Source: Bacteroidales bacterium
Lineage (GTDB): Bacteria; Bacteroidota; Bacteroidia; Bacteroidales; VadinHA17
Length of the DNA: 64,000 nt
Direction of reading: 5' to 3'
NCBI GenBank assembly: GCA_038325595.1
Contig: JBBQJD010000004.1
Coordinates: 8,139-72,138 of the forward strand
The notes below the pieces were generated by a model that saw nothing but the letters and a program-made list of their open reading frames with translations, was not told the origin of the DNA and made no database searches. Positions 1-10,000 of the stretch are shown one piece after another. The stretch's first letter is position 1. Each line of letters starts with the position of its first letter. A program made the translations under genes and the position numbers.

Positions 1-984
1 GATCATTACCTGCAACTTAAAAATAATCTAAGTCATACAGATATTAAAGTATATGCCGGCAATGATGCTATGGAGCAGGTTGTGGCATCTTCGACAGTTG
101 ATGTGGTAATTGCCTCAATTGTAGGCTTTAGCGGTTTACGTCCAACAATTGCCGCAATAAAAGCCGGAAAGAAAGTAGCTCTGGCCAACAAGGAGACTCT
201 GGTTGTTGCCGGAGAAATTATCGGGAAGCTGGTCAGGGAATCCGGATGCAGGATTATTCCTGTTGATTCAGAGCATTCAGCAATATTTCAGTGTCTTGTC
301 GGAGAATCGGGAAATCCGGTAGAAAAAATCACTCTTACTGCTTCCGGCGGGCCATTTCTGAACTGGTCACAGGGGATGCTCGGCAAAGTGAAGCCTTCAG
401 ATGCACTTTGCAACCCTAACTGGGATATGGGCAGTAAGGTTACTGTTGATTCGGCTTCCATGATGAATAAGGGACTTGAGGTTATTGAAGCAAAATGGCT
501 TTTTGACTTGTCACCGGAACAGATATCTGTTGTGATCCATCCTCAGTCTGTTATTCACTCCCTTGTTCATTTCGCTGACGGATCGGTAAAAGCTCAGATG
601 GGAGTTCCCGATATGAGGCTTCCAATTCTGTACGCACTAAGTTACCCTGAAAGATTCAGTTCAGATCTTCCAAGACTGAATTTCAGTGATTATCCTTCGC
701 TTACTTTTACTTTACCTGACAGAAAAAGATTCCGGAATCTCGGTCTTGCCTTTGATGCACTGCGTAAAGGAGGAAATATGCCATGCGTACTGAATGCTGC
801 CAATGAAATAGCTGTAAATGCCTTCCTGAATGAAAAGGTGAGCTTTCTGCAAATGCCTGATATAGTTGAACACACATTGGACCAAAGCACATTTTCACAA
901 ACTCCCGATCTCGATTTCCTTAATATTTCTGATGCTGAAGCCAGGAAGATCTCAACTGATTATATTAATAAACTTCAAAAGTAA
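1..984 (+). CDS. dxr: 1-deoxy-D-xylulose-5-phosphate reductoisomerase (5'-truncated by window edge)
   Basis: Frame is open from base 1. Dxr motifs LANKETLV, PVDSEHSAIFQ, LTASGGPF, MNKGLEVIEA and LNAANE are present. Confidence 0.97.
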   Translation, partial: DHYLQLKNNLSHTDIKVYAGNDAMEQVVASSTVDVVIASIVGFSGLRPTIAAIKAGKKVALANKETLVVAGEIIGKLVRESGCRIIPVDSEHSAIFQCLVGESGNPVEKITLTASGGPFLNWSQGMLGKVKPSDALCNPNWDMGSKVTVDSASMMNKGLEVIEAKWLFDLSPEQISVVIHPQSVIHSLVHFADGSVKAQMGVPDMRLPILYALSYPERFSSDLPRLNFSDYPSLTFTLPDRKRFRNLGLAFDALRKGGNMPCVLNAANEIAVNAFLNEKVSFLQMPDIVEHTLDQSTFSQTPDLDFLNISDAEARKISTDYINKLQK

Positions 985-986
985 AG

Positions 987-2321
987 ATGACAATACTGAT
1001 TAAAATACTGCAATTCATTATGAGCCTTTCAATTCTTGTGGTTATACATGAATTAGGACATTTTGTAATGGCTAAGCTTTTCAAAACAAGAGTCGAAAAA
1101 TTCTATCTTTTCTTCGATCCCTGGTTTTCGCTGTTCAAATACAAAAAAGGAGAGACTGAATATGGAGTAGGCTGGCTCCCGCTCGGCGGATACGTGAAGA
1201 TCTCAGGGATGATTGATGAGTCGATGGACAAGGAGCAGATGAAACAACCTCCCCAACCGCATGAATTCCGCTCAAAAACCTCATGGCAAAGACTTCTTAT
1301 TATGACGGGTGGTGTGATCTTCAACTTCATTTCAGCAATGCTTATCTATGTTCTTGTGCTGTATGCCTGGGGTGAAACATATCTTCCAACTTCAAGCGTG
1401 AAATATGGCATTGTTACAGATTCAACAGGGTATGATATCGGACTAAGGAATGGCGATAAAATCATTAGTGTTGATAATCAGCATGTGGAAAATTTTATGC
1501 AGATCACTCCCGATATTGTTCTTAACGACCGCAAGACAATTCAGGTTGAAAGGGAGGGTGAAATTGTGAATATTGAAATTCCAAAGAGTTTTATTCCACA
1601 TATGCTCAAAGGGAAAGGTCTGATAAACTACAGGACTCCCTTTTTCCCCCTGAAGATAAGATCATTTGAAAAGGAATCACCTGCAAATGAGGCAGGTATA
1701 CTTCCCGGAGATGAACTTATCGGAATAGATAGTATAAAATTTACATATTCTGACGAATTTCAAACCTATCTCAGAGAGAATAAGAATGAACCTGTTGTTG
1801 TAAATCTCCTGCGAAACGGGCAGTACGAGAATATTACAGTAACACCAAATTTTGCGGGAATGCTGGGTATAAGTTATATGGGGAAACCCCTGGATGAGAT
1901 TTTTGAACTTGAAACACTTAAATATGGATTTCTGCAATCAATCCCAGCCGGTATAGATAAGGGATTTAAAACAATAGGAGATTACCTGAAACAGTTCAAG
2001 CTTCTGTTCTCAAAACACACAAAAGCATATGAATCACTTGGCGGATTTATTACAATAGGCAACATATTCCCTGGTGTATGGGACTGGCAGGCTTTCTGGA
2101 ACCTGACAGCTTTTCTTTCTATCATACTGGCTATCATGAATATACTCCCTATACCGGCCCTCGATGGCGGACATGTTATGTTCTTATTGTTTGAAGTCAT
2201 AACCGGCAGGAAGCCAAGTGATAAATTCCTGGAATATGCACAGATTGCCGGAATGATATTGCTTCTGTCATTGTTGATTTTTGCCAATGGGAATGATATT
2301 CTCAGATTAATAAGGAAGTAG
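987..2321 (+). CDS. rseP: RIP metalloprotease RseP (M50 with PDZ domains)
   Basis: HELGH zinc motif, PLGGYVKI, NILPIPALDGG and two PDZ-like segments. Usual position after dxr. Confidence 0.95.
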   Translation: MTILIKILQFIMSLSILVVIHELGHFVMAKLFKTRVEKFYLFFDPWFSLFKYKKGETEYGVGWLPLGGYVKISGMIDESMDKEQMKQPPQPHEFRSKTSWQRLLIMTGGVIFNFISAMLIYVLVLYAWGETYLPTSSVKYGIVTDSTGYDIGLRNGDKIISVDNQHVENFMQITPDIVLNDRKTIQVEREGEIVNIEIPKSFIPHMLKGKGLINYRTPFFPLKIRSFEKESPANEAGILPGDELIGIDSIKFTYSDEFQTYLRENKNEPVVVNLLRNGQYENITVTPNFAGMLGISYMGKPLDEIFELETLKYGFLQSIPAGIDKGFKTIGDYLKQFKLLFSKHTKAYESLGGFITIGNIFPGVWDWQAFWNLTAFLSIILAIMNILPIPALDGGHVMFLLFEVITGRKPSDKFLEYAQIAGMILLLSLLIFANGNDILRLIRK

Positions 2322-2360
2322 TTTTAATTTAATACTTCTTGTATTTAAGTAAAGTATTTA

Positions 2361-2368
2361 TAACTTTG
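2361..2368 (+). promoter_or_regulatory. Bacteroidota housekeeping -7 element (TAnnTTTG) upstream of tatA
   Basis: TAACTTTG 23 nt before the tatA ATG. Confidence 0.55.
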
Positions 2369-2391
2369 TCACAAATTAAATTCTAAAAGCA

Positions 2392-2574
2392 ATGGGAAAG
2401 TTTGGAGTAACCGAGATTTTATTAATATTAGCTGTTGTGATTCTTCTTTTTGGTGGTCGTAAGATTCCTGAACTGATGAAGGGAATTGGTCAGGGCATGA
2501 AGGAATTTAAGAAAGCTTCAAAATTCGATCCGGCAGAAGAGAATAAAGAAGTAGCACCAAAAGACAAGTTTTAA
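2392..2574 (+). CDS. tatA: Twin-arginine translocase TatA/E subunit
   Basis: N-terminal TM helix followed by [25 protein letters not shown]. Confidence 0.93.
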   Translation: MGKFGVTEILLILAVVILLFGGRKIPELMKGIGQGMKEFKKASKFDPAEENKEVAPKDKF

Positions 2575-2592
2575 TATTACTACGATATCCGG

Positions 2593-2622
2593 AAAAAACC
2601 TGCATCCGGTGCAGGTTTTTTT
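2593..2622. terminator. Bidirectional intrinsic terminator between tatA and mqnC
   Basis: AAAAAACCTGCA-TCCGG-TGCAGGTTTTTTT: perfect inverted repeat with A- and T-tracts, between convergent genes. Confidence 0.88.
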
Positions 2623-2624
2623 GT

Positions 2625-3713
2625 TTAGCCTGTCAGCTCATATTTCTGGTTTCTTTTACCGGGGATAAAGCCGGCTTCCTTAATAATTGCCTGAATCTCC
2701 CCTGCATCAAAACGATTGTTGGCCCCGGCTGCACTTACAACATTCTCTTCAATCATTATCGATCCCAGGTCGTTTGCTCCTGAATGAAGTGATAACATTC
2801 CTGTTTCCCTGCCTACAGTCAGAATTGAAGCCTGTATGTTCTTAATGTTATTCAATATGATACGGCTTATAGCTATCATCCTTAAATAATCTGGTCCGTT
2901 ATATTTGCTGCTGACCCCATATCTGTCCAGGAGTACCGTACCCTCATCCTGAAAAGGCCATGGTATAAAGGTTATAAATCCAAAATTTCCTTCCGGTTTC
3001 TTTGCCTGCAAATCACGTAATAACAGAAGATGTTCAATCCGCTCGGCAATTGTTTCTACATGTCCGTACATCATTGTAGCTGATGTTGGCAGATTGATAA
3101 TATGAGCATCTTCCATAACCCCCAGCCATTCCTCAGAAGTTGCTTTTGCGGGCGAAACATAATTCCTCACCCTGTCAGAAAGAATCTCTGCACCTGCACC
3201 CGGCAAACTGTCAAGACCAGCCTCAATCAGATGTTTAAGAACTTCCCTGAAAGTTAATCTCTCTTTTTTTGAAAGGTATACTATCTCGGGAGGCCCGAGA
3301 GCATGAAGCTTTAATGCAGGATATAAATTCTTTAGTTCTTTGAAAAGATCTGTATAAAAATCCAGTCCCAGGGAAGGATTCATCCCTCCCTGTAAAAGAA
3401 GCTGATCACCTCCCATGGAGAATAATTCATTAATTTTTGTGATGTATTCTTCAGTTGTAGTCACATAAGCATCAGCCGATCCTTTCTTTCTGCAAAAATT
3501 ACAAAATGAACACTGTGAAAAGCAGATGTTGGTGATATTTACATTTCTGTCTATCATCCATCCCGCAATATTGCCGGGATTATGATATTGCCTTAATTTA
3601 TTTGCTACAAACATAAGTTCCTCAAGCGGAGCTTTGTTAAAAAGAATCATACCCTCTTCCCTGTTCAGAGGAATAAGCTCAAGCGCCTTTCTGTATAGCG
3701 GTTCAAGATTCAT
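2625..3713 (-). CDS. mqnC: Cyclic dehypoxanthine futalosine synthase (CofH/MqnC-family radical SAM)
   Basis: IDRNVNITN-CFSQCSFC radical SAM motif, LLQGG, SLPGAGAEIL, GANDLGSIMIEENVVSAAG. Confidence 0.85.
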   Translation of the reverse strand: MNLEPLYRKALELIPLNREEGMILFNKAPLEELMFVANKLRQYHNPGNIAGWMIDRNVNITNICFSQCSFCNFCRKKGSADAYVTTTEEYITKINELFSMGGDQLLLQGGMNPSLGLDFYTDLFKELKNLYPALKLHALGPPEIVYLSKKERLTFREVLKHLIEAGLDSLPGAGAEILSDRVRNYVSPAKATSEEWLGVMEDAHIINLPTSATMMYGHVETIAERIEHLLLLRDLQAKKPEGNFGFITFIPWPFQDEGTVLLDRYGVSSKYNGPDYLRMIAISRIILNNIKNIQASILTVGRETGMLSLHSGANDLGSIMIEENVVSAAGANNRFDAGEIQAIIKEAGFIPGKRNQKYELTG

Positions 3714-3834
3714 TTTTTCAATAAAATTCTAAATCTGTCACTTGTTCATAATCAGATGCAAAGGTAATCCTTTGAAAACGAAACAATCAATAATTTAATT
3801 AACTTTACAGCTTCAAAAAAAATAAGATCTTCAT

Positions 3835-5292
3835 ATGAAGCCTGAAATTTCAAAGATATCAGAACTGCCGGTAAACCAGTCAGTTGTATGTGTTGTTGGC
3901 GATAACCTGGTTCCTGACTGGATGAATTTAAGTAAATCAGAATACAATTATGCACTTAAGCAGTTAAAAGCAAATGAGGATCGCGTTTTTATAAATTCCT
4001 ACAATAAATGCACCTACCTGGTAAGATTAAAGGAGGGAATAAGTCATCATAAAGTACGTGAAGAAGTCCGTAAAGCCGCCTATACACTCAGAAAACAGAT
4101 AAAGGAAAATAATCATTCGGAGTTGGTGATTGTATCTGAAAATACTTACAAGGAAGCAGTTCTTGATTTTACTGAAGGCCTGATACTAAGTGCTTATGAA
4201 TTTTGTAAGTATAAAACAAAATCAGGGACAGATGAGAAAAAGAGTTTTCCTCCAAAATTGCTCCTGCATGGAGACATAAAGGAAAAGGAAATAAAATGGC
4301 TTGCAGATCTCACTGATGCTGTATATTTTACACGTGATCTGATCAATGAACCTGTCAATCACCTTAATGCCACTGACCTGTCCAACGAGATAAAAAAAAT
4401 CGGAGAGGCTTCAGGTTTTACAGTTGAAGTGCTTACAAAGGTAAAGATAGAATCACTGAAAATGGGCGGACTGCTGGCTGTAAACAAAGGAAGTGTGGAT
4501 CCACCTGTATTTTGTATTCTCGAATGGCATCCGGAAAACTGTGTAAATAAAAAACCGATCGTACTGGTAGGAAAAGGTATAGTTTATGATACAGGAGGGT
4601 TGAATATAAAAACCGGTGATTATATGTCGGGGATGAATGGTGATATGGCCGGTGCTGCAATTGTTGCTGGTATTCTCTCTACAATTGCAAAATCAGGTAT
4701 TCCTCTTCATGTCATCGGGCTGGTTCCCTCAACAGACAACCGTCCGGGAGGAAATGCATATACACAGGGTGATATCATTACAATGTATAATAAGATGACT
4801 GTTGAAATCGGTAACACCGATGCTGAGGGAAGACTGATTCTTGCCGATGCAATCAGCTATGCATCTAAATATTCACCTGAACTGATCATTGATGTCGCTA
4901 CTCTTACAGGCTCGGCTGCCATGACTTTCAGTAACCAGGCAATAGCAGTGATGACAAACGCTGACCGGAAATATTTTAATCTCCTCAGCGAATGTGGAAA
5001 TGAAGTATATGAACGGGTGGCAGAGTTGCCTTTATTTGAAGAGTATGGGGAAAGGCTGAAATCTGATATCGCCGACCTTAAAAATATAGGGGGAAGGGAA
5101 GCCGGAGCAATAATTGCCGGTAAATTTCTTGAAAGGTTTGCAGAGGCTCCCCTGATTCATCTTGATATCGCAGGGACTGAAATGCTGAAGAAAGATGATT
5201 TTTACAGATTAAAAAATGGTCCCGGATCAGGATTAAGATTGCTTTCGGCATTTTTGAAGAAAATTGCTGAAGGTTATGAAGAACAGAAATAA
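3835..5292 (+). CDS. pepA: Leucyl aminopeptidase (M17)
   Basis: VGKGIVYDTGG, DMAGAA, NTDAEGRL, ATLTG and HLDIAG motifs. Confidence 0.92.
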   Translation: MKPEISKISELPVNQSVVCVVGDNLVPDWMNLSKSEYNYALKQLKANEDRVFINSYNKCTYLVRLKEGISHHKVREEVRKAAYTLRKQIKENNHSELVIVSENTYKEAVLDFTEGLILSAYEFCKYKTKSGTDEKKSFPPKLLLHGDIKEKEIKWLADLTDAVYFTRDLINEPVNHLNATDLSNEIKKIGEASGFTVEVLTKVKIESLKMGGLLAVNKGSVDPPVFCILEWHPENCVNKKPIVLVGKGIVYDTGGLNIKTGDYMSGMNGDMAGAAIVAGILSTIAKSGIPLHVIGLVPSTDNRPGGNAYTQGDIITMYNKMTVEIGNTDAEGRLILADAISYASKYSPELIIDVATLTGSAAMTFSNQAIAVMTNADRKYFNLLSECGNEVYERVAELPLFEEYGERLKSDIADLKNIGGREAGAIIAGKFLERFAEAPLIHLDIAGTEMLKKDDFYRLKNGPGSGLRLLSAFLKKIAEGYEEQK

Positions 5293-5297
5293 TTTTT

Positions 5298-6398
5298 ATG
5301 GAAAGAAAACCTATTATTGCCGGCATCTCACAGGGAGATATTAATGGTATCGGATATGAAGTAATCATTAAAGCTCTCTCTGACCCAGTTATCAATGATC
5401 TTTGCACACCCGTTGTATATGGCTCTCCAAAAGTAGCTGCATATCATCGAAAGGCTCTGAATATTACCAATTTGAACTTTAATAACATTAGAACGGCTGA
5501 CGAAGCTCACGCTAAAAAGGCAAATATGATCAATTGCCTTGATGATAATACCCGTGTGGAACTTGGAAAATCCACTCCCCAGGGTGGAGAGGCAGCAATT
5601 ATCTCGCTCACTAAAGCTGTTGAGGATTTAATGGCCGGGAAAATAAATGTTCTTATAACTGCACCGATTGACAAAAATAATGTTCAGTCAGAAACTTTCA
5701 AGTTTAAAGGTCATACCGACTATCTGAAATTAAAAGCAGGAGTCGAAGAGGTTCTGATGTTTATGATAGGAGAAAGTATGAAGATTGGTGTTGCAACCGA
5801 TCATGTTCCCCTTAAGAATGTTCCCGGAATGATTACAACTGAACTGCTTCTGAGGAAGATTAAGCTCATGAATCAGTCACTTATTCTTGATTTTGGCATT
5901 CGTAAGCCCCGTATCGCAGTTCTTGGACTTAATCCTCATGCAGGAGATAATTCTTTGCTTGGAACAGAAGAAGCTGAAATCATTGCCCCCGCTATCGCAT
6001 TTGCTCAGAAAAAAGGAATTCTTGCTTTCGGACCATTCCCCTCTGATGGATTTTTCGGAGCTGGTTCATTCACAAAATTTGATGGTATACTTGCCATGTA
6101 CCACGATCAGGGTCTTGCTCCCTTTAAAGCATTATCATTCGATTCAGGGGTGAACTTCACAGCCGGATTGCCTTTTATCAGAACATCACCTGTTCATGGC
6201 ACTGCATTCGCTATTGCAGGTAAAGGAGAAGCATCTGAAAATTCATTCCGGCAGGCAATGTACCTTGCCTGTGATATTTTCAGAAACAGACAGCTTCATG
6301 CAGAAATTTCCAGAAACCCTTTGAAGCACCAGGACATTGAATTTCACAATGACCGGATCGATGAATTACCTCCGGATATTTTCAATGCTGAACCATAA
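5298..6398 (+). CDS. pdxA: 4-hydroxythreonine-4-phosphate dehydrogenase PdxA family
   Basis: GDINGIGYE, TAPIDK, GHT, LNPHAG, MYHDQG, RTSPxHGTA. Confidence 0.92.
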   Translation: MERKPIIAGISQGDINGIGYEVIIKALSDPVINDLCTPVVYGSPKVAAYHRKALNITNLNFNNIRTADEAHAKKANMINCLDDNTRVELGKSTPQGGEAAIISLTKAVEDLMAGKINVLITAPIDKNNVQSETFKFKGHTDYLKLKAGVEEVLMFMIGESMKIGVATDHVPLKNVPGMITTELLLRKIKLMNQSLILDFGIRKPRIAVLGLNPHAGDNSLLGTEEAEIIAPAIAFAQKKGILAFGPFPSDGFFGAGSFTKFDGILAMYHDQGLAPFKALSFDSGVNFTAGLPFIRTSPVHGTAFAIAGKGEASENSFRQAMYLACDIFRNRQLHAEISRNPLKHQDIEFHNDRIDELPPDIFNAEP

Positions 6399-6406
6399 AC
6401 CTAACC

Positions 6407-6988
6407 ATGATAGATTATATTAAAGGATCAATAATCAGGATCACTCCTACATTCCTGACCATTGAAACCAACGGAATTGGATATTATGTTAATATCTCCG
6501 TTGCAACATTTTCAAAGCTGGAAGGCAAGATTGAGGTCAAAGTTTTTATACACGAGGTAATAAGGGAGGATGCCCATCTGTTATTCGGATTTGCAGATGA
6601 TGAAGAACGCGATATTTTCAGATTGCTCATCTCAGTATCGGGTGTAGGTGCAAACACTGCCAGGATGATGCTTTCTTCAATAGCCCCTGATGAAGTAGAA
6701 AAAGCAATTATCGGATCTGATGTCAATACGCTTAAGAGCGTGAAAGGCATTGGTTTAAAGACTGCTCAGAGGATAATTGTTGACCTCAAAGACAAAATGG
6801 GTAAGCAGGCAGGAAGCGGCGAAATATTTGTTCCTGCAGACAATACAAAGAGGGAAGAGGCGTTATCAGCATTAGTTATGCTTGGGTTTGCAAGAAGTGC
6901 TGTCTCAAAAGTTCTTGACAAGATTGTCAGGGAAGAAAAAAACCTGACTATCGAAGATATAATAAAGAGAGCACTCAAAAACTTATAA
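6407..6988 (+). CDS. ruvA: Holliday junction branch migration protein RuvA
   Basis: REDAHLLFGF, SVSGVG, KGIGLKTAQRII, EALSALVMLGF. Confidence 0.96.
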   Translation: MIDYIKGSIIRITPTFLTIETNGIGYYVNISVATFSKLEGKIEVKVFIHEVIREDAHLLFGFADDEERDIFRLLISVSGVGANTARMMLSSIAPDEVEKAIIGSDVNTLKSVKGIGLKTAQRIIVDLKDKMGKQAGSGEIFVPADNTKREEALSALVMLGFARSAVSKVLDKIVREEKNLTIEDIIKRALKNL

Positions 6989-7004
6989 TCTGAATTACGC
7001 CGGA

Positions 7005-10000
7005 TTGAGATCAGTGATATTATATAAAAATCATCTGGTATTATTGTATCTTTTACTTTTTGCTTTATTGGTAAAACCCACGGGAGCAAGCGGTCAGACT
7101 CCTTTGCGGAATTCCCAGGCATCCGATACCACACAAAAATCAATTCTTAAATTAAAGGATTACTCAGGCATTCCGTGGGAGTCACGGCAAAATGCTCCGT
7201 TATTCCTCGATAATCCCTCAAATATAAAATCGTCGGTTGTTTATGATCCTGAGAAGAATGAATATATTCTTTATCAGAAAGTTGGTGCTTTAGATTACCG
7301 TACCCCTGTTTATATGAGCCCGGAAGAATTCCGTAAGTACGAATATACCAGGGCAATGCGCGATTACTGGCAATCAAGAATAACCGGTGACGAGACCGGA
7401 TTCAGGTCTTCCCTAATTCCGCAAATTGAAATCGGCGGAGCTGCTTTTGATAAAATTTTCGGAAGTAATACCATTAATATTATACCCCAGGGTTCTGCAG
7501 AGTTGATCTTTGGAATCAATATCTCCCGGACAGACAACCCGACTCTTTCTGAAAAGCTCAGAACAATTCCGACATTCGATTTTAAGGAAAAGATCCAGAT
7601 GAATGTAACAGGTACTATCGGTGATAAGATGGAACTGGGTATTAATTATAACACCGATGCCATGTTCGAGTTTGAGAACCGGACAAAACTTCAGTATTCA
7701 GGAAAAGAAGATGAGATACTTAAAAAAGTTGAGGCAGGCGATGTTACGCTTCCTCTGACTGGTACATTGATCACAGGAAGTTACAGTCTTTTCGGACTGA
7801 AAACAGAAATGCAATTCGGAAAACTTACAGTTACCACGGTTCTTTCGCAGCAGAAGGGCGAATCATCAGTTATTGATGTCAAGGGAGGTGCGCAATTAAC
7901 AGAATTTGAGGTATATGCTGACGAGTATGAAGCCAACAGGCATTTTTTCCTTTCACAGTTTTTCAGGGATATTTATGATGAATCCCTTAAGAACCTGCCT
8001 GTTGTAAGTTCGGGAGTAAACATTGAAAGGATTGAAGTATGGGTAACAAATAAATCAAGCCGGTTTGAGGAAGCAAGTAACAGGAACATCATAGCTTTTA
8101 TGGACCTGGCAGAGAACGGTAACCATATCTTTAATGATGTACCTGAATTTCAACAGGGTGCGGGTGCTATGTTATATCCCGATAACTCTGCTAACAGGCT
8201 GTATGAACAACTCACAACATCGTATGGAATGGTACGCGATGTTGACCAGGTTACAACTGCATTTGATCCTCTTTATCCGGGTTTTCAGATTGGAAGGGAT
8301 TTTGAAAAAATTGAGAATGCAAGGAAGCTGAATGACAGGGAATTTACATATAACAGGCAGCTGGGTTACATTTCCCTTAATACCGCCCTCAATACCGATG
8401 AGGTACTTGCAGTTGCATATGAATACACATACGGGGGCCAGTTATTTAAGGTTGGTGAGTTTTCGACAGATGGAATCAGCGCACCACAGTCCCTGATCCT
8501 TAAGTTGATTAAAGGAACGACCCTGAGTCCAAGGCTCCCGACCTGGAACCTTATGATGAAGAACGTTTATTCGCTTGGTTCCGGGAAGCTCGAACGAAAT
8601 GATTTTGAGCTTAATGTACTCTATCAGGATGACAAAACAGGAAACTCGATTAATTATATCCCGGAAGGATCGCTTGCAGACAAGATCCTGTTGCAGGTAA
8701 TGAGGCTTGATAATCTGAATTCCCAGATGGACAGGGAACCTGATGGTTTTTTTGATTTTATCGACGATGTCACAATAATGGTTGAAAGGGGAAAAATAAT
8801 TTTTCCTGTCCTTGAACCCTTTGGAAGACATCTGAGAAGTATGATTGTTGATCCTACACTGGCAAACAAATATGTGTTCCAGGAGCTTTACGATTCCACC
8901 CAAACTGTTGCAAGGCAGATGGCAGAGAAGAACAAGTTCAAGCTTACAGGCCAGTACTCATCCGAATCTGGTTCTGAGATAAGACTTAATGCAACGAGTA
9001 TACCCCAGGGAGCAGTTAAAGTTACCGCAGGCGGAGTTCCTCTTACGGAAAACACCGATTACACAGTCGATTATAATATGGGTACTGTAAGAATAATAAA
9101 CAGTGCACTTATTGAATCGCAAACGCCAATACAGGTTTCTCTTGAAAGCAACCAGTTCTTCGGATTCCAGACCAAGACTCTTGTCGGAACACATCTTGAC
9201 TACAAATTTTCAAATAACTTCGATATCGGAGGAACAATTCTTCATCTTACGGAACGGCCTTATACGCAAAAGGTAAATTTCGGCGAGGAGCCGATTTCAA
9301 ATACAATCTGGGGATTAAACACCTCGTATAAGGCAGAATCACAGTTTCTTACAAAAGTAATTGACAAGATCCCCCTCCTGAATACAAAGACTCCCTCAAC
9401 CTTCTCGTTCTTCGGAGAATTTGCAAATCTTGTCCCGGGCCATTCCCGGGCCATATCGAATGCAGGTAATTCGTACATCGACGACTTTGAAGCCAGTGAA
9501 ATACCACTGGACCTTAAATCATTTAATGCCTGGACAATTGCCAGTATTCCACAGGGTCAGGACCTTCTTTTTCCTGAGGCTCGCTTTAACAATAATCCTG
9601 TGAGCGGTTTTAACAGGGCAAAGCTGGCCTGGTATGTAATCGATCCGCTGTTTCTGCGTAACGGATCATCCACCCCGGGGCATATTAAACAGGATGATAA
9701 ACTGCAGTCAAGTCATTTTGTCAGGGAGGTATATGAAAACGAAATATTTCCATACAGGGAAAGTCCAAGTGGAATACCCACGAATATTTCAGTCTTGAAC
9801 CTTGCTTATTATCCCGATGAAAAAGGTGCCTATAACTATGATACAGAACAAAGTATGTACTCGGCAGGAATGAATCCTGAAGGAGGTCTGAATGCTCCGG
9901 CTTCAAGGTGGGGAGGAATAATGCGTGAGGTTCTCACCAGCGATTTTGAGACTGCAAACATTCAGTACGTCAAGTTTTGGGTTATGGATCCTTTTAATGA

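Noticed and set aside
4630-4650. PepA reads MNGDM instead of the common MKxDM, suggesting an inactive enzyme
   Set aside because: The metal-binding and catalytic residues (GKG Lys, YDTGG Asp, NIK Lys, DMAG Asp, NTDAEGR) are intact, and this position varies in M17 enzymes.
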